From Pseudomonadota bacterium (lineage in GTDB: Bacteria; Pseudomonadota; Alphaproteobacteria; Reyranellales; Reyranellaceae), in the NCBI GenBank assembly GCA_018240745.1, contig JAFEFF010000210.1, positions 8,960-72,959 of the forward strand: a stretch of 64,000 bases of DNA, read 5' to 3'. Shown piece by piece: positions 28,317 through 38,041 of this stretch. The notes under the pieces were generated by a model that saw only the letters and a program-made list of their open reading frames with translations, had not been told where the DNA came from and made no database searches. The position numbers were made by a program, and so were the translations under genes. Every line of letters starts with the position of its first letter. Position 1 is the stretch's first letter.

Positions 28317-28718
28317 CTACCCAGGCCGGCGCTCGAAGGTCTTCAGGCCTTCCGGGATCTGGTGGAAGGGCTGCTTGTCGACCGTGAAGATCGCCATCTG
28401 CGGCGTGAATTGCGCAGGATCATCGAGCGTGCCGACCTTCACCGCGACGACCGGCCGGCCCGGCGGCTTGGTCGCGAGGTGGGTGCCGCAGTCGGGGCAG
28501 AACTCGCGAGTCATCGCGCGCTCGAGGTCGCTGCGGGTGAAGGTCTTGGGCGTGCCCTGGGTGTATTTGTGCCCGGCCGCCGGCATCACGATGAACGTAT
28601 TGGGCGCGCCGCCGGTGATGTACTGGCATTCGCGGCAATGGCACTGCGCCATGAGCGTCGGCTCACCCTCCGCGACGTAGCGGATGTTGCCGCAATAGCA
28701 TCGACCTTCCAGCCTCAT
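28317..28718 (-). CDS. GFA (glutathione-dependent formaldehyde-activating/CENP-V) family protein
   Basis: 133 aa with zinc Cys motifs (GRCYCGNIRY, CHCRECQ, FCPDCG). Confidence 0.85.
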   Translation of the reverse strand: MRLEGRCYCGNIRYVAEGEPTLMAQCHCRECQYITGGAPNTFIVMPAAGHKYTQGTPKTFTRSDLERAMTREFCPDCGTHLATKPPGRPVVAVKVGTLDDPAQFTPQMAIFTVDKQPFHQIPEGLKTFERRPG

Positions 28719-28733
28719 CTCGTCCTCCTTCTC

Positions 28734-29771
28734 TCAGGCAGCCGCACGATAGCGGGTGGGAATCCTCGCGATGTCCTGGATCAGCCCCGGCGGCAGGTCC
28801 GACGGCTTGGCCGAGTTGGCGCTGGCGCTGATCGAATCGACGAGGCCGCCGAAGCGTGCCTCGATCGCCTTGGCGATCTGGTCGTGCCGGCCGACTGCGG
28901 CGAACAGGTGCACGACCTCGTCGCTGATCTCGGCTGCGATCTTGTCCCATTGGCCCGCCTTGGTCATGGCGTTGAGCTTGCGGCCGAGATCCCCCAGCCC
29001 GTGCTCGTCGAGCACCGGCCAGTAGGCCGGCGTCGAGCCGTAGAACGCCACGCGATAACGCACCCAGTCGAGCAGCTTCTGCACCGCCGCGTCGTCCTTG
29101 CCGGTGACCACGAAGCCGCCGCCCGAGATCTCGAACGCCTCGCGGCTGCGGCCCGACCGGGCGAGCCCTTCGGTGATGATCGGCAGGATGCGGTTCTCGA
29201 GATATCTGGCGGTGCAGAAGACATGCAGCTTGGCCCCGTCGCTCTCCTCCGCCGCGACCTTGAGCATCGCCGGCCCGACGGCGGCGAGGCCGATGCGCGG
29301 CGGCGGCGCGTCGTAGGGCTCGGGCACGAAGTTCGGCGTCATCAAGGTGAAGCGATAGTGCTTGCCCTCGTAGTCGAGCTTGCCGTCGCCCTTCCACGCC
29401 GCCCAGATTGCGCGGACCGACTGGATGTACTCACGCATGCGCGGCGCCGGCGCCGACCACGGCACCGAGAACCGCTTCTCGTTGTGCGGCCGGATCTGCG
29501 AGCCGAGCCCGAGCGTGAAGCGGCCGCCGGTGCTGGCGGCGAGATCCCAGCCGATGTTGGCGGCGACCATCGGCGAGCGCGGAAAGGAAATCGCCACGCC
29601 GGTGTGCAGCTCGATCCTGTTCGTCGCGACGCCGGCAACGGCCAGCGAGAGGAACGGGTCGTGCCGATTCTCCTGCGTGCTGACGCCGGTGTAGCCATCG
29701 GCCTCGATCTTCTGCGCAGCCGGGCCGACCTTGCGCAGATCCTCCTGGGGCAGTGTGGTGAAGACTCGCAT
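28734..29771 (-). CDS. luciferase-like monooxygenase family oxidoreductase (F420-dependent LLM class-like)
   Basis: 345 aa with ADGYTGVSTQENRHDPFLSLAVAG..TNRIELHTGVAISFPRSPMVAANIGWDL..GRFTLGLGSQ. This resembles the LLM class F420-dependent oxidoreductases; the cofactor cannot be read from sequence. Confidence 0.8.
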   Translation of the reverse strand: MRVFTTLPQEDLRKVGPAAQKIEADGYTGVSTQENRHDPFLSLAVAGVATNRIELHTGVAISFPRSPMVAANIGWDLAASTGGRFTLGLGSQIRPHNEKRFSVPWSAPAPRMREYIQSVRAIWAAWKGDGKLDYEGKHYRFTLMTPNFVPEPYDAPPPRIGLAAVGPAMLKVAAEESDGAKLHVFCTARYLENRILPIITEGLARSGRSREAFEISGGGFVVTGKDDAAVQKLLDWVRYRVAFYGSTPAYWPVLDEHGLGDLGRKLNAMTKAGQWDKIAAEISDEVVHLFAAVGRHDQIAKAIEARFGGLVDSISASANSAKPSDLPPGLIQDIARIPTRYRAAA

Positions 29772-29931
29772 GCGCCAGCGATATCATGCGCGCCGGGCCC
29801 CGCCAAACGCGCCGCATGGGGCCCGGTTGCAAGGCATTGTCATGGCGATCGGCGGTTTGGCCACGCCTGGGCCACGGCACCTCCGACGGGCAGGTCGCGT
29901 TCTTCTTCGCGTCTTAACGAAGGAGACAACC

Positions 29932-30147
29932 ATGCCGCTTTTCTTCATCATCGCGATCGGCGCCGGCGCCTTCACGCTGGGTGCGACGGCGGTCGATGTG
30001 ACCAGCGATACCAGCGCCCAGAATCGCGAGCGCGCCGTTCAGGCGGAGCAGATCCAGCCGCAGCAGACCTATCCGACGATGGCCGACTGTCAGCGGGCCA
30101 TGGCGCAGCAGCACCTGTCGGCAGCCTCCTGCCAGCAGCGCTCGTAA
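29932..30147 (+). CDS. small hypothetical membrane protein
   Basis: 71 aa with a strong Shine-Dalgarno (AAGGAGA, 6 nt before the ATG), one TM segment (LFFIIAIGAGAFTLGA) and a Gln-rich tail with two Cys. Confidence 0.5.
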   Translation: MPLFFIIAIGAGAFTLGATAVDVTSDTSAQNRERAVQAEQIQPQQTYPTMADCQRAMAQQHLSAASCQQRS

Positions 30148-30164
30148 CGGCATCCGAATGGATT

Positions 30165-30184
30165 GGGGCCCCGATCGGGGCCCC
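30165..30184. terminator. perfect 20-nt palindrome, probable bidirectional terminator
   Basis: GGGGCCCCGATCGGGGCCCC lies between convergent stops (30147 and 30188) and is followed by TTTC. Confidence 0.6.
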
Positions 30185-30187
30185 TTT

Positions 30188-31783
30188 CTATTCCGCAGCT
30201 TGCTTGAAGACGTTGCTGGGCCGCCAGCGCAGCACCGGCTTGCGCGCGGCCAGCGTTTCGTCGAGACGACGCCGCGGCGCGTAGCGCGGCGCGGCCTTGA
30301 ATTCTTCAGCAGCCGAACCGCTCTTCGCCCGCTCGGCGAGCGAGCGCAATGTAGCGATGAAGAGGTCGAGATCTTCCCTGGCCTGGCTCTCGGTCGGCTC
30401 GATCAAAAGCGCGCCGTGCACCACCAGCGGGAAGTACATGGTCATCGGGTGATAGCCCTCGTCGATCATCGCCTTGGCGAAGTCCAGGGTGCTGATGCCG
30501 GTGTCCTTGAGGAAGCCGTCGTCGAACAGCGCCTCGTGCATGCACGGGCCCTCGAAGGACGGCGTCATGACGTCCTTCAGCGAGGCCATCACGTAGTTGG
30601 CCGACAGGACGGCGTCCTCGGCCGCCTGCTTCAGGCCATCGGCGCCATGGCTCATGATGTAGGCGAGCGCGCGCGTGAACATGCCCATCTGGCCGTGGAA
30701 GGCCTTGAGCCGGCCGAGCGGCTGGCCGTCGACCTTGGCGCCATCTTCCGCAACGGTCCATTGGTCGCCGTTCCTCACGATCCACGGATACGGTGCATAG
30801 GGCGCGAGCGCCTCCGACAACACCACAGGACCCGCGCCCGGCCCGCCGCCGCCATGCGGCGTCGAGAAGGTCTTGTGCAGGTTGATGTGCATGCAGTCGA
30901 CACCGAGGTCGCCCGGCCGCACCCGGCCGACGATGGCGTTGAAGTTGGCGCCATCGCAGTAGAAATAGGCGCCTGCTTCATGCACCGCCTTCGAGATCTC
31001 GATGATCTCCGATTCGAACAGGCCGCAGGTGTTGGGATTGGTCAGCATGATCGCCGCGACATCGGGACCGAGCGCCGCCTTGAGCGCCGCGAGATCGACC
31101 CGCCCGCGCTCATTGGCCGGAATCGGCTTCACGGTGAAGCCGAGCGCCGCCGCCGTAGCGGGGTTGGTGCCGTGCGCCGATTCGGGCGCGAGCACGATCT
31201 TGCGCGCCGCTCGTTGACCCTTGGCCTCGAGCGCAGCGGCGATGGCCATCATGCCGCACATCTCACCGTGCGCGCCGGCGGCGGGTGACATCGCCACGGC
31301 CGGCATGCCGGTCAAGGTCTTCAGCCAATGCGCCAGCGCGTCGATCAGCGCCAGCGCCCCCTGCACGGTCGACACCGGCTGCAGTGGATGCAGGTCACCA
31401 ATTCCGGCCAGCCGCGCGACCTTCTCGTTGATGCGCGGGTTGTGCTTCATGGTGCACGAGCCCAGTGGATAGACGCCCATGTCGATGGCGTAGTTCTTCT
31501 GGCTGAGGCGCGTGTAGTGCTGCACGACCTGCGGCTCGCTGAGGCCCGGCAGGCCGATCTCGCCGCTGCGGCGCAGGCCGTTCAACCGGTCCTTGACCTT
31601 CGGCGGCCCCTCCTGGAGCGGATCCGGCAAATCGACACCGCAGCGTCCCGGCTGGCCCATCTCGAAGATCAGAGGTTCCTCGATCTGCAGTGCCTTGTTG
31701 CCGGTGAAGGTGGTGGCCGCCGGCGCGCCAACCGGGCCGACGCCGCCGGTGCGGCCTTGGGAGCGATCTTGTGAGGGGGCCAT
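30188..31783 (-). CDS. gcvPB: glycine dehydrogenase (aminomethyl-transferring) subunit 2
   Basis: About 531 aa from the ATG at 31783, with FTGNKALQIEEPLIFE and the PLP-Lys region (HINLHKTFSTPHGGGGPG). The track ORF to 32602 is an extension. Confidence 0.93.
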   Translation of the reverse strand: MAPSQDRSQGRTGGVGPVGAPAATTFTGNKALQIEEPLIFEMGQPGRCGVDLPDPLQEGPPKVKDRLNGLRRSGEIGLPGLSEPQVVQHYTRLSQKNYAIDMGVYPLGSCTMKHNPRINEKVARLAGIGDLHPLQPVSTVQGALALIDALAHWLKTLTGMPAVAMSPAAGAHGEMCGMMAIAAALEAKGQRAARKIVLAPESAHGTNPATAAALGFTVKPIPANERGRVDLAALKAALGPDVAAIMLTNPNTCGLFESEIIEISKAVHEAGAYFYCDGANFNAIVGRVRPGDLGVDCMHINLHKTFSTPHGGGGPGAGPVVLSEALAPYAPYPWIVRNGDQWTVAEDGAKVDGQPLGRLKAFHGQMGMFTRALAYIMSHGADGLKQAAEDAVLSANYVMASLKDVMTPSFEGPCMHEALFDDGFLKDTGISTLDFAKAMIDEGYHPMTMYFPLVVHGALLIEPTESQAREDLDLFIATLRSLAERAKSGSAAEEFKAAPRYAPRRRLDETLAARKPVLRWRPSNVFKQAAE

Positions 31784-33129
31784 CACAGCACCTCCTTCAG
31801 GCCGGCGACAAGTGTGTCCATGCCGGCGTCCGTCGCCGTCTCGGTGGCGGCGAGCAACAGCAGATTGGCCGCCGACCGATCGTCGGGCAGCAGCCGCGAT
31901 ACCGGCAGGCCGCCCAGGATTCGCCTGGCGGCCAAGGCCTCGACCACGGGCGCCGCCGGCTTCGGCAGGCGCACCGTGAATTCGTTGAAGAAGCTGTCGT
32001 TCATGAGCTGCACGCCCGGCACCGAAGCGACCTTGTCGGCAAGCCGCGAGGCCCTGGCATGGTTGAGCTCGGCGAGGCGCCTGAAGCCCGCCTCGCCCAG
32101 CAGGGCGAGATGCACGGTGAAGGCGAGCGCGCAGAGGCCCGCATTGGTGCAGATGTTGGAGGTCGCCTTCTCGCGGCGGATATGCTGCTCGCGCGTGCTG
32201 AGCGTCAGCACGAATCCGCGCTTGCCGTCGGCATCGACGGTCTCGCCGCACAGCCGGCCGGGCATCTGGCGCATGTACTTCTCGCGCGTGGCGAACAGAC
32301 CGACATAGGGGCCGCCGAAGCCCAGCCCGTTGCCGAGCGACTGGCCCTCGCAGACCACGATGTCGGCACCCATGTCGCCCGGCGGCCTGATCAGGCCGAG
32401 CGACACCACTTCGGTCACCACGACGATCATCAGCGCACCGGCGGCGTGGCAGGCCTCGGCGAGCTTGCCGAAGTCGCGCACGTGACCGAAGAAGCTCGGG
32501 TTCTGCACGACGACGCAGGAGGTCTCCTTGTCGATCGCGGCGATCAGGTCCTCGAGCCCGTCGACATCGGGCCTGCCGACGACCGCGCGGTAGCCCTCCC
32601 ATTTCGCCGTGGTCTCGATGATGCTGCGATACTGCGGATGCAGGCCGCCGGAGATCAGCGCCTTGTGGCGGCGCGTCACCCGGTTGGCCATCAACACGGC
32701 CTCGGCCGCACCGGTCGAGCCGTCGTACATCGAGGCGTTGGCCACCTCCATGCCGGTCAGCAGCGTCACCTGCGTCTGGAACTCGAACAGGTACTGCAGC
32801 GTGCCTTGCGTGATCTCGGGCTGGTACGGCGTGTAGGAGGTCAGGAACTCGCCGCGCTGGATCAGGTAGTCGACGGTCGCCGGCACGTGATGGCGATAGG
32901 CGCCGGCGCCGATGAAGAACGGCGCGCTGCCCGGCGAGACGTTCTTCGCCGCGTAGGCCTGGAAGGCACGCTCGACCTCGAGCTCGCCGGCGTGATCGGG
33001 CAGGCCCGCAATCTTGCCGCCGAGCCGCGCCGCCTGCGGCACGTCGCGGAACAGCTCGTCGATCGACCTGGCGCCGATCTTCGCCAGCATTTCGCGGCGG
33101 TCGGCGTCGGTGAGGGGGAGATAGCGCAT
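31783..33129 (-). CDS. gcvPA: glycine dehydrogenase subunit 1
   Basis: 448 aa starting [19 protein letters not shown], with ...[14 protein letters not shown]. The stop overlaps the gcvPB start (TGATG). Confidence 0.93.
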   Translation of the reverse strand: MRYLPLTDADRREMLAKIGARSIDELFRDVPQAARLGGKIAGLPDHAGELEVERAFQAYAAKNVSPGSAPFFIGAGAYRHHVPATVDYLIQRGEFLTSYTPYQPEITQGTLQYLFEFQTQVTLLTGMEVANASMYDGSTGAAEAVLMANRVTRRHKALISGGLHPQYRSIIETTAKWEGYRAVVGRPDVDGLEDLIAAIDKETSCVVVQNPSFFGHVRDFGKLAEACHAAGALMIVVVTEVVSLGLIRPPGDMGADIVVCEGQSLGNGLGFGGPYVGLFATREKYMRQMPGRLCGETVDADGKRGFVLTLSTREQHIRREKATSNICTNAGLCALAFTVHLALLGEAGFRRLAELNHARASRLADKVASVPGVQLMNDSFFNEFTVRLPKPAAPVVEALAARRILGGLPVSRLLPDDRSAANLLLLAATETATDAGMDTLVAGLKEVL

Positions 33130-33142
33130 CGGCCCGATCCTT

Positions 33143-33517
33143 CTAGGAAAGGCTCTTCACGAAGGCGTCGTAGGCCGCCTGGTCCATCAGCTCGTCGAGC
33201 TCGGAGGGATTGCCGAGCCTGACCTTGAAGAACCAGCCCTTGCCCATCGGATCGGCATTGACGTCGCCCGGCGAATCGGCGAGCGCGGCATTGGACTCGA
33301 TCACCTCGCCCGAAGCCGGCGAATAGATGTCCGACGCCGCCTTGACCGATTCGACCACCGCGACCGACTCGCCCTTGGCGATCTTGCGGCCCGCCTGCGG
33401 CACCTCGACGAACACCACGTCGCCCAACTGCTCCTGGGCGTACGGGCTGATGCCGACCGTGCCGATGTCGCCCGCGACACTGATCCACTCGTGATCCTTG
33501 CTGTACTTGACGGCCAT
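33143..33517 (-). CDS. gcvH: glycine cleavage system protein H
   Basis: 124 aa with YSKDHEWI and the lipoyl-Lys motif (VESVKAASD). Confidence 0.95.
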   Translation of the reverse strand: MAVKYSKDHEWISVAGDIGTVGISPYAQEQLGDVVFVEVPQAGRKIAKGESVAVVESVKAASDIYSPASGEVIESNAALADSPGDVNADPMGKGWFFKVRLGNPSELDELMDQAAYDAFVKSLS

Positions 33518-33526
33518 CGCAGGCTC

Positions 33527-34669
33527 CTATCCGCGGTAGTAGGCGTGTTTGACGAAAGGCATCGGCACGATCTCGGCAACGACAGGCCTGCCGCGCACAT
33601 CGAGTTCGACCTTGGTGCCGTTGGCCGGTCCCTTGTCTCCAAATGGGGACTTCTCGACGTAGCCCATGGCGATGGCACGCCCCAGGGTCGGCGCGAAGCC
33701 GCCCGACGTAACCTTGCCGATCACCTTGCCGCCGACCGCAATCTCACTGCCCTCGCGCGCAATGGCCTTGCCCTCGGGCAGCAGGCCGACCCGCTTGCGC
33801 GGCGCGCCTTCGGCGATCTGCTTCTGGATGACCGAGGCACCGGGGAAGCCGCCCGCCCGCTCTCCCCCTGCGCGACGGTCCTTGCCGATGCTCCACAGCA
33901 GCCCCGCCTCGATCGGTGTCGTCGTGGTGTCGATGTCGTGGCCATAGAGGCACAGCCCGGCCTCGAGCCGCAGCGAATCGCGCGCGCCGAGGCCGATCGG
34001 CTTGACCTCGGGCTGCGCCAGCAGCAGCCGTGCGATCGCTTCGGCCTTGTCGGCCGGCGTCGAGATCTCGTAGCCGTCGCCGCCGGTATAGCCGGACCGC
34101 GTCACGTAGCACTGCGCGCCGTCGATGGTGACGAACGCTCCGGTCATGAACTTCTGGGTGGCGACCGACGGCACCAGGCGGGCCAGCGCCCGGGAGGCCT
34201 GCGGCCCTTGCAGCGCCATCAGGCCGCGGGAGAACATCGGCTCGATCTCGCAGTCCGCCGACAGATGCTTGCGGATATGCGCGAGGTCGTCGTCCTTGCA
34301 GGCGGCATTGACGACCAGCAGCAGGTGATCGCCGGTCGAGGTCACCATCAGGTCGTCGAGGATGCCGCCCTGCTCGTTGGTGAACTGTGTGTAGCGCTGC
34401 TGGCCGGGCTGCAGGCCGACGATATCGCCGGGCACCAGCGTCTCCAGCGCCCTGGCCGCATTCCGGCCCGGCTTGGCGGTGAGCCGCACCTGGCCCATGT
34501 GAGAGACGTCGAACAGGCCGGCAGCGGTGCGCGTCTGCCCGTGCTCGGCGAGGATGCCGGTGGGGTACTGAACCGGCATCTCGTAGCCGGCGAACGGGAC
34601 CAGCCGCGCGCCCAGTTCCTTGTGCAGGGCGTGAAGCGGTGTGCGCTTGAGAGGACCTGGATCGCTCAA
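33527..34669 (-). CDS. gcvT: aminomethyltransferase (glycine cleavage T protein), probable TTG start
   Basis: LKRTPLHALHKELGARLVPFAGYEMPVQY. A GGAGA Shine-Dalgarno lies 6 nt before the TTG at 34669. The upstream ATG (34702) would lie inside the riboswitch expression platform. Confidence 0.9.
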   Translation of the reverse strand: MSDPGPLKRTPLHALHKELGARLVPFAGYEMPVQYPTGILAEHGQTRTAAGLFDVSHMGQVRLTAKPGRNAARALETLVPGDIVGLQPGQQRYTQFTNEQGGILDDLMVTSTGDHLLLVVNAACKDDDLAHIRKHLSADCEIEPMFSRGLMALQGPQASRALARLVPSVATQKFMTGAFVTIDGAQCYVTRSGYTGGDGYEISTPADKAEAIARLLLAQPEVKPIGLGARDSLRLEAGLCLYGHDIDTTTTPIEAGLLWSIGKDRRAGGERAGGFPGASVIQKQIAEGAPRKRVGLLPEGKAIAREGSEIAVGGKVIGKVTSGGFAPTLGRAIAMGYVEKSPFGDKGPANGTKVELDVRGRPVVAEIVPMPFVKHAYYRG

Positions 34670-34714
34670 AACGAATCTCCGACAGAGCCCGCGTTGACGC
34701 AAAAGCTGCGCCGC

Positions 34715-34910
34715 TCGCGACCCCCTCTGTCCGGAGACCTGAAAGATTCGGCCGGCGAACTCGAACCAGCCTTACTTCGTCGGTGGGCCGGCGCTCGTGC
34801 GCCAACCGCTTTCCAGAGACCCAATCCCCCTGCGGTCCGTTTGCCTGAGAGTTTCCGGGGCCGGTTGCTCCTTCGGCGCCGCCTGCGCAGGCGGTCTCTC
34901 CCACAGGGAT
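34715..34910 (-). promoter_or_regulatory. tandem glycine riboswitch (two aptamers)
   Basis: The minus strand reads GGGAGAGACC...GGCGCCGAAGGAGCAAC...CTCAGGCAAACGGAC (aptamer 1), then CTCTGGAAAG...CCCACCGACGAAGTAAG...TTCAGGTCTCCGGACAG (aptamer 2). It lies directly upstream of gcvT. Confidence 0.85.
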
Positions 34911-35063
34911 CATCTGGGTGCGGCGACCTTAAGCGCCGCCACGGCCAGCGTCCAGCCGGATAAGTCGGACCCCTGGAGGTGATCATCCGCTCATTTTATA
35001 TGAGTATATGCTCACCTCGAGCCGCCATTCGCCGCTTGCGCCGACCGCTCGAGTCTTCCGCAA

Positions 35064-35666
35064 ATGAGCGGCGCCTCATACACTCAGCCGATGGGGAAAG
35101 CCGAGGACACCAAGGCGAGGGTCGAACGCGCCGCACTCACCCTGTTCGTGGCGCGCGGTGTGGCGGAGACCACGACCAAGGAAATCGCGATGGCGGCCTC
35201 GATCGCCGAGGGTACGATCTACCGCTACTTCCCGAGCAAGGAGCAGCTCGCGCTCGACCTGTTCCTGTCACACCATCGCGCGCTCGCCGAGGCACTGGCT
35301 GCCGCGCACAAGCCGCTCAAGGGATTGAAGACCAAGATCGAGGCGATCGTGCGCTGCTATTGCGAATCGGCCGACCGCGACTGGACGCTGTTCGCCTATC
35401 ACCTGCTGAACCAGCATTCCTTCCTGATTCAGGTGCCGGACGGCACGCCCAATCCGGTGCTGGTGGTCCGCGAGGTGATCGCCCAGGCAATGAAGGCCGG
35501 CGAGATCCCGCGGCGCAATGCCGACCTCGCCGCTGCCGCCGCGATCGGCGTGGTCATGCAGCCGGCAGCCTGCAAGGTCTACGGCCGGTTCAGCGGGCCG
35601 CTCCTGACTCATGTCCGCTACTTCGCCGACGCGGCTTGGGCGGTGCTGTCGGTCAAGGACAAGTAG
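35064..35666 (+). CDS. TetR/AcrR-family transcriptional regulator
   Basis: 200 aa with an N-terminal HTH (RAALTLFVARGVAETTTKEIAMAASIAEGTIYRYFPSKEQL). Confidence 0.85.
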   Translation: MSGASYTQPMGKAEDTKARVERAALTLFVARGVAETTTKEIAMAASIAEGTIYRYFPSKEQLALDLFLSHHRALAEALAAAHKPLKGLKTKIEAIVRCYCESADRDWTLFAYHLLNQHSFLIQVPDGTPNPVLVVREVIAQAMKAGEIPRRNADLAAAAAIGVVMQPAACKVYGRFSGPLLTHVRYFADAAWAVLSVKDK

Positions 35667-35667
35667 A

Positions 35668-37008
35668 TCACGACTGGCGTGCCAGCGCCGTGAAAGCCGT
35701 CGCGAAGGCCTCGCGGCCGGCGCCGAGGCTGGTTTCGTTGAAGATGTCGGCGGTGAGCGACTGCAGCGACCCCGGCTCGAGTTTCACACCATTGTCCTGC
35801 AGGAAGCGGGCGGCCGCGGCGACGGCCTCGTCCATCGCCCCGCCCTTCTTGTAGAGCTGATAGTAATCCGGATGCCCGCCGCGCCCCAGCGCCTCGGCGA
35901 TCACGTCGGTGAAGTTCACCACGCGCAGCGGATAGAGCGCCTCGGCGCCGGCGAAAGCGCGGTGGCAGGAATGATACATCGTGACGATGGTGTCGGCGCC
36001 GGCCGCGACCACGCCCTCTGCGAGCGCGCGATGGATCGCCGCCTCGCGGTCCTTGAACTTTGCCGCTTGCCCGCCGCAGGCATAGGAAAAGCCCGAGTCC
36101 TGCGGCAGCTCGACCAGCTCGAGGCCGGGCACCGCCTTCAGCAGCGCAGCGATGCTCTGCAGCGTCGCGCCGATGCCGAGATGCTCGTGGATCACGACGC
36201 GGCGCCTGGGCTGGTCCGGACGGAAGCGCGACTTCAGCGCATCGAGGTTGCTCACCAGGAACTCGCTGACGTGGCCCAGATCGAAGCTCGGCGGCTCGAC
36301 ATCCTTCTCCAGCTCGTCGAAGTTCTTGGTGCAGGTCGGGCACCAGGTCAGCACCTTCGACGCGCCCGACCGGCCGAAGCGCTGGAAGGTGCGATGGCCC
36401 ATGCGCTCGTAGGTCGGCAGATCGGCTTCCTGGAACTGGTAGACGCCGCAGCAATGGGCGGCGCCGCCGACCACGTCGAAGTCGAGCTCCAGCGCGTCGA
36501 GGATGTCCATCACGTTCAGCACGATGTGCGGGGTGCGCAGCACGTTGCAGCCGGTGTAGAACAGCACGTCGGCGGTGCGCCGCTCGGCCGGCGCGAGGAT
36601 GCGCTGCAGGGTCTCAGACGGCAGCTGCATGCTGGCCAGCAGCCGCACCGCCTGCGCCATGTGGCGGAAGCGGTTGGCCGCGTTGGTCGCCCCGATGGTG
36701 CGCGGCCGGGTCGCTTCCAGCGCCTTCATCTTGGCGATGGTCACCCACTGGCGGACGTTGATTTCCTCCGGGCAGGCCGCGCTGCAGCGCGCGCTGCCGT
36801 CGCAGGCGTTGAGCCACTTCTGCAGGCCGCCGGCGGGCGCCGCGCCGCGCGTCAGCGCCAGCAGCTCGCCGACGCGGTCCTTCGCGCCGGCGACATCGAG
36901 GCCGCTCTCGCGCGCCGTCGGGCAGACCTCGAAACACTTGCCGCAGCCGGTGCAGCGATCCGCCGCCTCGGCCGCCAGAACCTCCAACCGGTCCGCGTAT
37001 GCGCTCAC
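35668..37008 (-). CDS. (Fe-S)-binding protein with CCG domains (HdrD/GlpC-like)
   Basis: 446 aa with two ferredoxin-type motifs (CTGCGKCFEVCP, CSAACPEEI) followed by two Cys-rich CCG-type repeats (AAHCCG...). Confidence 0.8.
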   Translation of the reverse strand: MSAYADRLEVLAAEAADRCTGCGKCFEVCPTARESGLDVAGAKDRVGELLALTRGAAPAGGLQKWLNACDGSARCSAACPEEINVRQWVTIAKMKALEATRPRTIGATNAANRFRHMAQAVRLLASMQLPSETLQRILAPAERRTADVLFYTGCNVLRTPHIVLNVMDILDALELDFDVVGGAAHCCGVYQFQEADLPTYERMGHRTFQRFGRSGASKVLTWCPTCTKNFDELEKDVEPPSFDLGHVSEFLVSNLDALKSRFRPDQPRRRVVIHEHLGIGATLQSIAALLKAVPGLELVELPQDSGFSYACGGQAAKFKDREAAIHRALAEGVVAAGADTIVTMYHSCHRAFAGAEALYPLRVVNFTDVIAEALGRGGHPDYYQLYKKGGAMDEAVAAAARFLQDNGVKLEPGSLQSLTADIFNETSLGAGREAFATAFTALARQS

Positions 37009-37112
37009 GCTGATCTCCCTCGGGGGTGTTGCCGGCAGTGTAGCGCTTCGGCACCGACCGAAACATCCGCACGCAGATGACTTTAGCTTGGGTCGTACCT
37101 TAGGAGGCCTCC

Positions 37113-37421
37113 ATGACCGTCACCTGCGCCATCCGCTACGTGCTCGACCCGTTCAAGCGCGATGCCTTCGAGACCTATGCCCGCAACTGGCTGACCATCA
37201 TCCCGGCCTGCGGCGGCGACCTGATCGGCTACTTCATGCCGCATGAGGGCACCAACAACATCGCCCACGCGCTGATCTCGTTCGAGAGCCTCGCCGCCTA
37301 CGAGGCCTATCGCGCGCGGCTCAGGACCGATCCGGCCGCCATGGCCAATTTCCGCTTTGCCCAGGAGCAGCGCTGCATCCTGGTCGAGGAACGCACCTGG
37401 CTGACGCCGGTTACGAAGTGA
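37113..37421 (+). CDS. NIPSNAP family protein
   Basis: 102 aa with a dimeric alpha-beta barrel pattern ([29 protein letters not shown]). Confidence 0.75.
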   Translation: MTVTCAIRYVLDPFKRDAFETYARNWLTIIPACGGDLIGYFMPHEGTNNIAHALISFESLAAYEAYRARLRTDPAAMANFRFAQEQRCILVEERTWLTPVTK

Positions 37422-37952
37422 TCAACGCGCCTCGCCGCGGCGGTTGTACTGCAGCTCCTCGGCCGTCGGCTTCAGGCCGACGGCGATGCGATAGCCGCCG
37501 AGCTCGCGCAGCTCGTTGAACGGCAGGGTCACCGCCATGGTTTCCTCGCTCACGCCGCGCGGGCTGGTCTGGCTGATCTTGTAGTCGGCGAGCTGGTCGC
37601 TGCCCTGCACGACGCGGTCTCCCGGCCCGATCACGCGCACGAAGAACGGAACCCGGGTCACATCGCCGCTGATCGACGGGCCGGCATTGACGGCGATGCG
37701 CATCACCACGTCGACTTCCATCGAGCGGCGGCTCATCGAGCACTTGGTGACGGCGCCCAGCAACTGCGCCTCGAACACCACGTCGCGCGGGTCGCGGCCG
37801 CTGCCCGGCTTGAAGCGGGTGATGCGCTGGGCGTCCTGCACGGTGAGGGGCTCCGGGCAATAGGACGCTGCCGTCATCTCCTTCTGCGAGCGGCCGCAGC
37901 CGGTCAGGGCCAGCGCGACTGCGGCCAAAAGCGCCCATTTGACGATCGTCAT
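37422..37952 (-). CDS. hypothetical lipoprotein
   Basis: 176 aa from the ATG at 37952, with a signal peptide and lipobox (LLAAVALALTGC). I do not recognise a family. Confidence 0.65.
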   Translation of the reverse strand: MTIVKWALLAAVALALTGCGRSQKEMTAASYCPEPLTVQDAQRITRFKPGSGRDPRDVVFEAQLLGAVTKCSMSRRSMEVDVVMRIAVNAGPSISGDVTRVPFFVRVIGPGDRVVQGSDQLADYKISQTSPRGVSEETMAVTLPFNELRELGGYRIAVGLKPTAEELQYNRRGEAR

Positions 37953-38041
37953 ACCCGCAGAATCCCCGTTGCGTTGCGGCCGGACTCTAGGCAATGGTCT
38001 GGTGGCCCGCAAGCGAACGGGTCTCGCCTCGCTGTTTTCTC

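Noticed and set aside
37419-37424. Abutting convergent stop codons forming the palindrome TGATCA (NIPSNAP / lipoprotein)
   Set aside because: It is real but probably a coincidence of compact gene packing. There is no further structure around it.
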